Below are positions 63,676-64,000 of a stretch of DNA of 64,000 nt, piece after piece. The notes beneath the pieces were generated by a model that was given only the letters and a program-made list of their open reading frames with translations, searched no databases and was not told the origin of the DNA. The stretch is from Oscillospiraceae bacterium (GTDB taxonomy: Bacteria > Bacillota > Clostridia > Oscillospirales > Ruminococcaceae). The stretch's first letter is position 1; each line of letters opens with the position of its first letter. The position numbers and the translations under genes are program-made. The stretch is taken from positions 30,303 to 94,302 of the forward strand of contig JAFRTG010000031.1 in the NCBI GenBank assembly GCA_017427265.1, written 5' to 3'.

Positions 63676-64000
63676 TCACTCTCCTTTGTACGCTTCCCTT
63701 GCTTCTTCATCGCTCTTGGTGTTCAAAATCTGGTACATCATAAGCTGTGCATCGCTGATTGTTTCAGGATTCATGCCCATTGCTTGCAGCGTCAGCGTCA
63801 GATAGCCGATCATCGTGCGGCGATGCTGGCGCTTCAGAACCGACACGACCTTTTCAGCATCCTCATGGTAATGGTCTGTCAGATCGTCCTCAACTTCGAT
63901 TTCTTCCTCCGCATCATCCTCAAAGGTGAATTGCCCGTCAAGCTCCGAATCGTCAGCCGTATCGGTTTCCGGTTTGTCCGCATTGACTTCATCTTCCGTA
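63676..64000 (-). CDS. hypothetical protein, 5' end outside window
   Basis: Open minus-strand frame from the window edge to the TGA at 63676-63678 (...DLTDHYHEDAEKVVSVLKRQHRRTMIGYLTLTLQAMGMNPE...KGE*). Not in the ORF track because the start lies beyond nt 64000. Confidence 0.5.
   Translation of the reverse strand, partial: TEDEVNADKPETDTADDSELDGQFTFEDDAEEEIEVEDDLTDHYHEDAEKVVSVLKRQHRRTMIGYLTLTLQAMGMNPETISDAQLMMYQILNTKSDEEAREAYKGE

Larger units (their letters stand above)
17576..64000. mobile_element. integrated conjugative element (partial; right end beyond window; left boundary somewhere in 17.53-18.27 kb)
   Basis: Contiguous relaxase, primase, T4CP, VirB4, VirB6-like, PrgI-like, SSB, TopoIII and TA genes, nearly all on the minus strand. 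Adjacent to a tRNA gene. GC looks lower by eye than the flanking chromosome. Carries an element-specific 18-nt motif. Confidence 0.85.

Noticed and set aside
17576-64000. Search for an integrase/recombinase, a peptidoglycan hydrolase and a second relaxase within the element.
   Set aside because: None was recognised in the window. The 656-aa and 719-aa proteins lack NlpC/P60, CHAP or transglycosylase motifs. These functions are presumably encoded beyond nt 64000, so no feature was called.

Overview
The window looks like a moderately GC-rich Firmicute (Clostridia-like) genome and has two parts.

(1) nt 1 to about 17.5 kb is ordinary chromosome. It carries:
- the rlmN-stp-prkC-rsgA cluster;
- a non-coding tandem array with a 176-bp period, directly after rsgA;
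- a cysteine-desulfurase pair;
- a phosphodiester glycosidase and a membrane protein with a disordered N-terminus;
- gap;
- an orphan prepilin-type gene;
- a patatin plus metallophosphoesterase pair;
- tRNA-Trp(CCA) with a perfect consensus promoter.

(2) From just downstream of tRNA-Trp to the window edge (more than 46 kb, right end not reached, no integrase seen) lies an integrated conjugative element. It is visibly less GC-rich and almost entirely minus-strand. It encodes:
- a VapBC-like toxin-antitoxin pair and RHH/Xre regulators;
- TraX and a MobV relaxase;
- a DUF3991-Toprim primase;
- a 4188-aa polyvalent ORF (ArdC-N-like, MuF-C-like, N6-adenine methyltransferase, SNF2 helicase);
- a secreted thermonuclease, topoisomerase III and SSB;
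- a Gram-positive type IV secretion system (T4SS) set: PcfB-like, VirD4 coupling protein (T4CP), Maff2/VirB2-like, VirB6-like, PrgI/VirB3-like and VirB4;
- a DEDDh exonuclease.

The most unusual signals are:
- an element-specific 18-nt dyad motif (GTTGCTACTTGTGTCAAC). It occurs 10 times, both between genes and in one fixed reading frame inside three ORFs;
- a TnpV-like ORF fully nested out of frame inside the giant ORF, with a codon pattern that keeps both frames open;
- a 23-nt hairpin/C-terminal tail (DDMESIMS) shared by the coupling protein and a small ORF;
- near-identical consensus promoter-operator 30-mers at the two ends of the visible element, one of them facing outward into a ~550-nt non-coding junction that also has a convergent promoter and a candidate small RNA.

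All homology calls come from motif recognition by eye and need HMM or BLAST confirmation.
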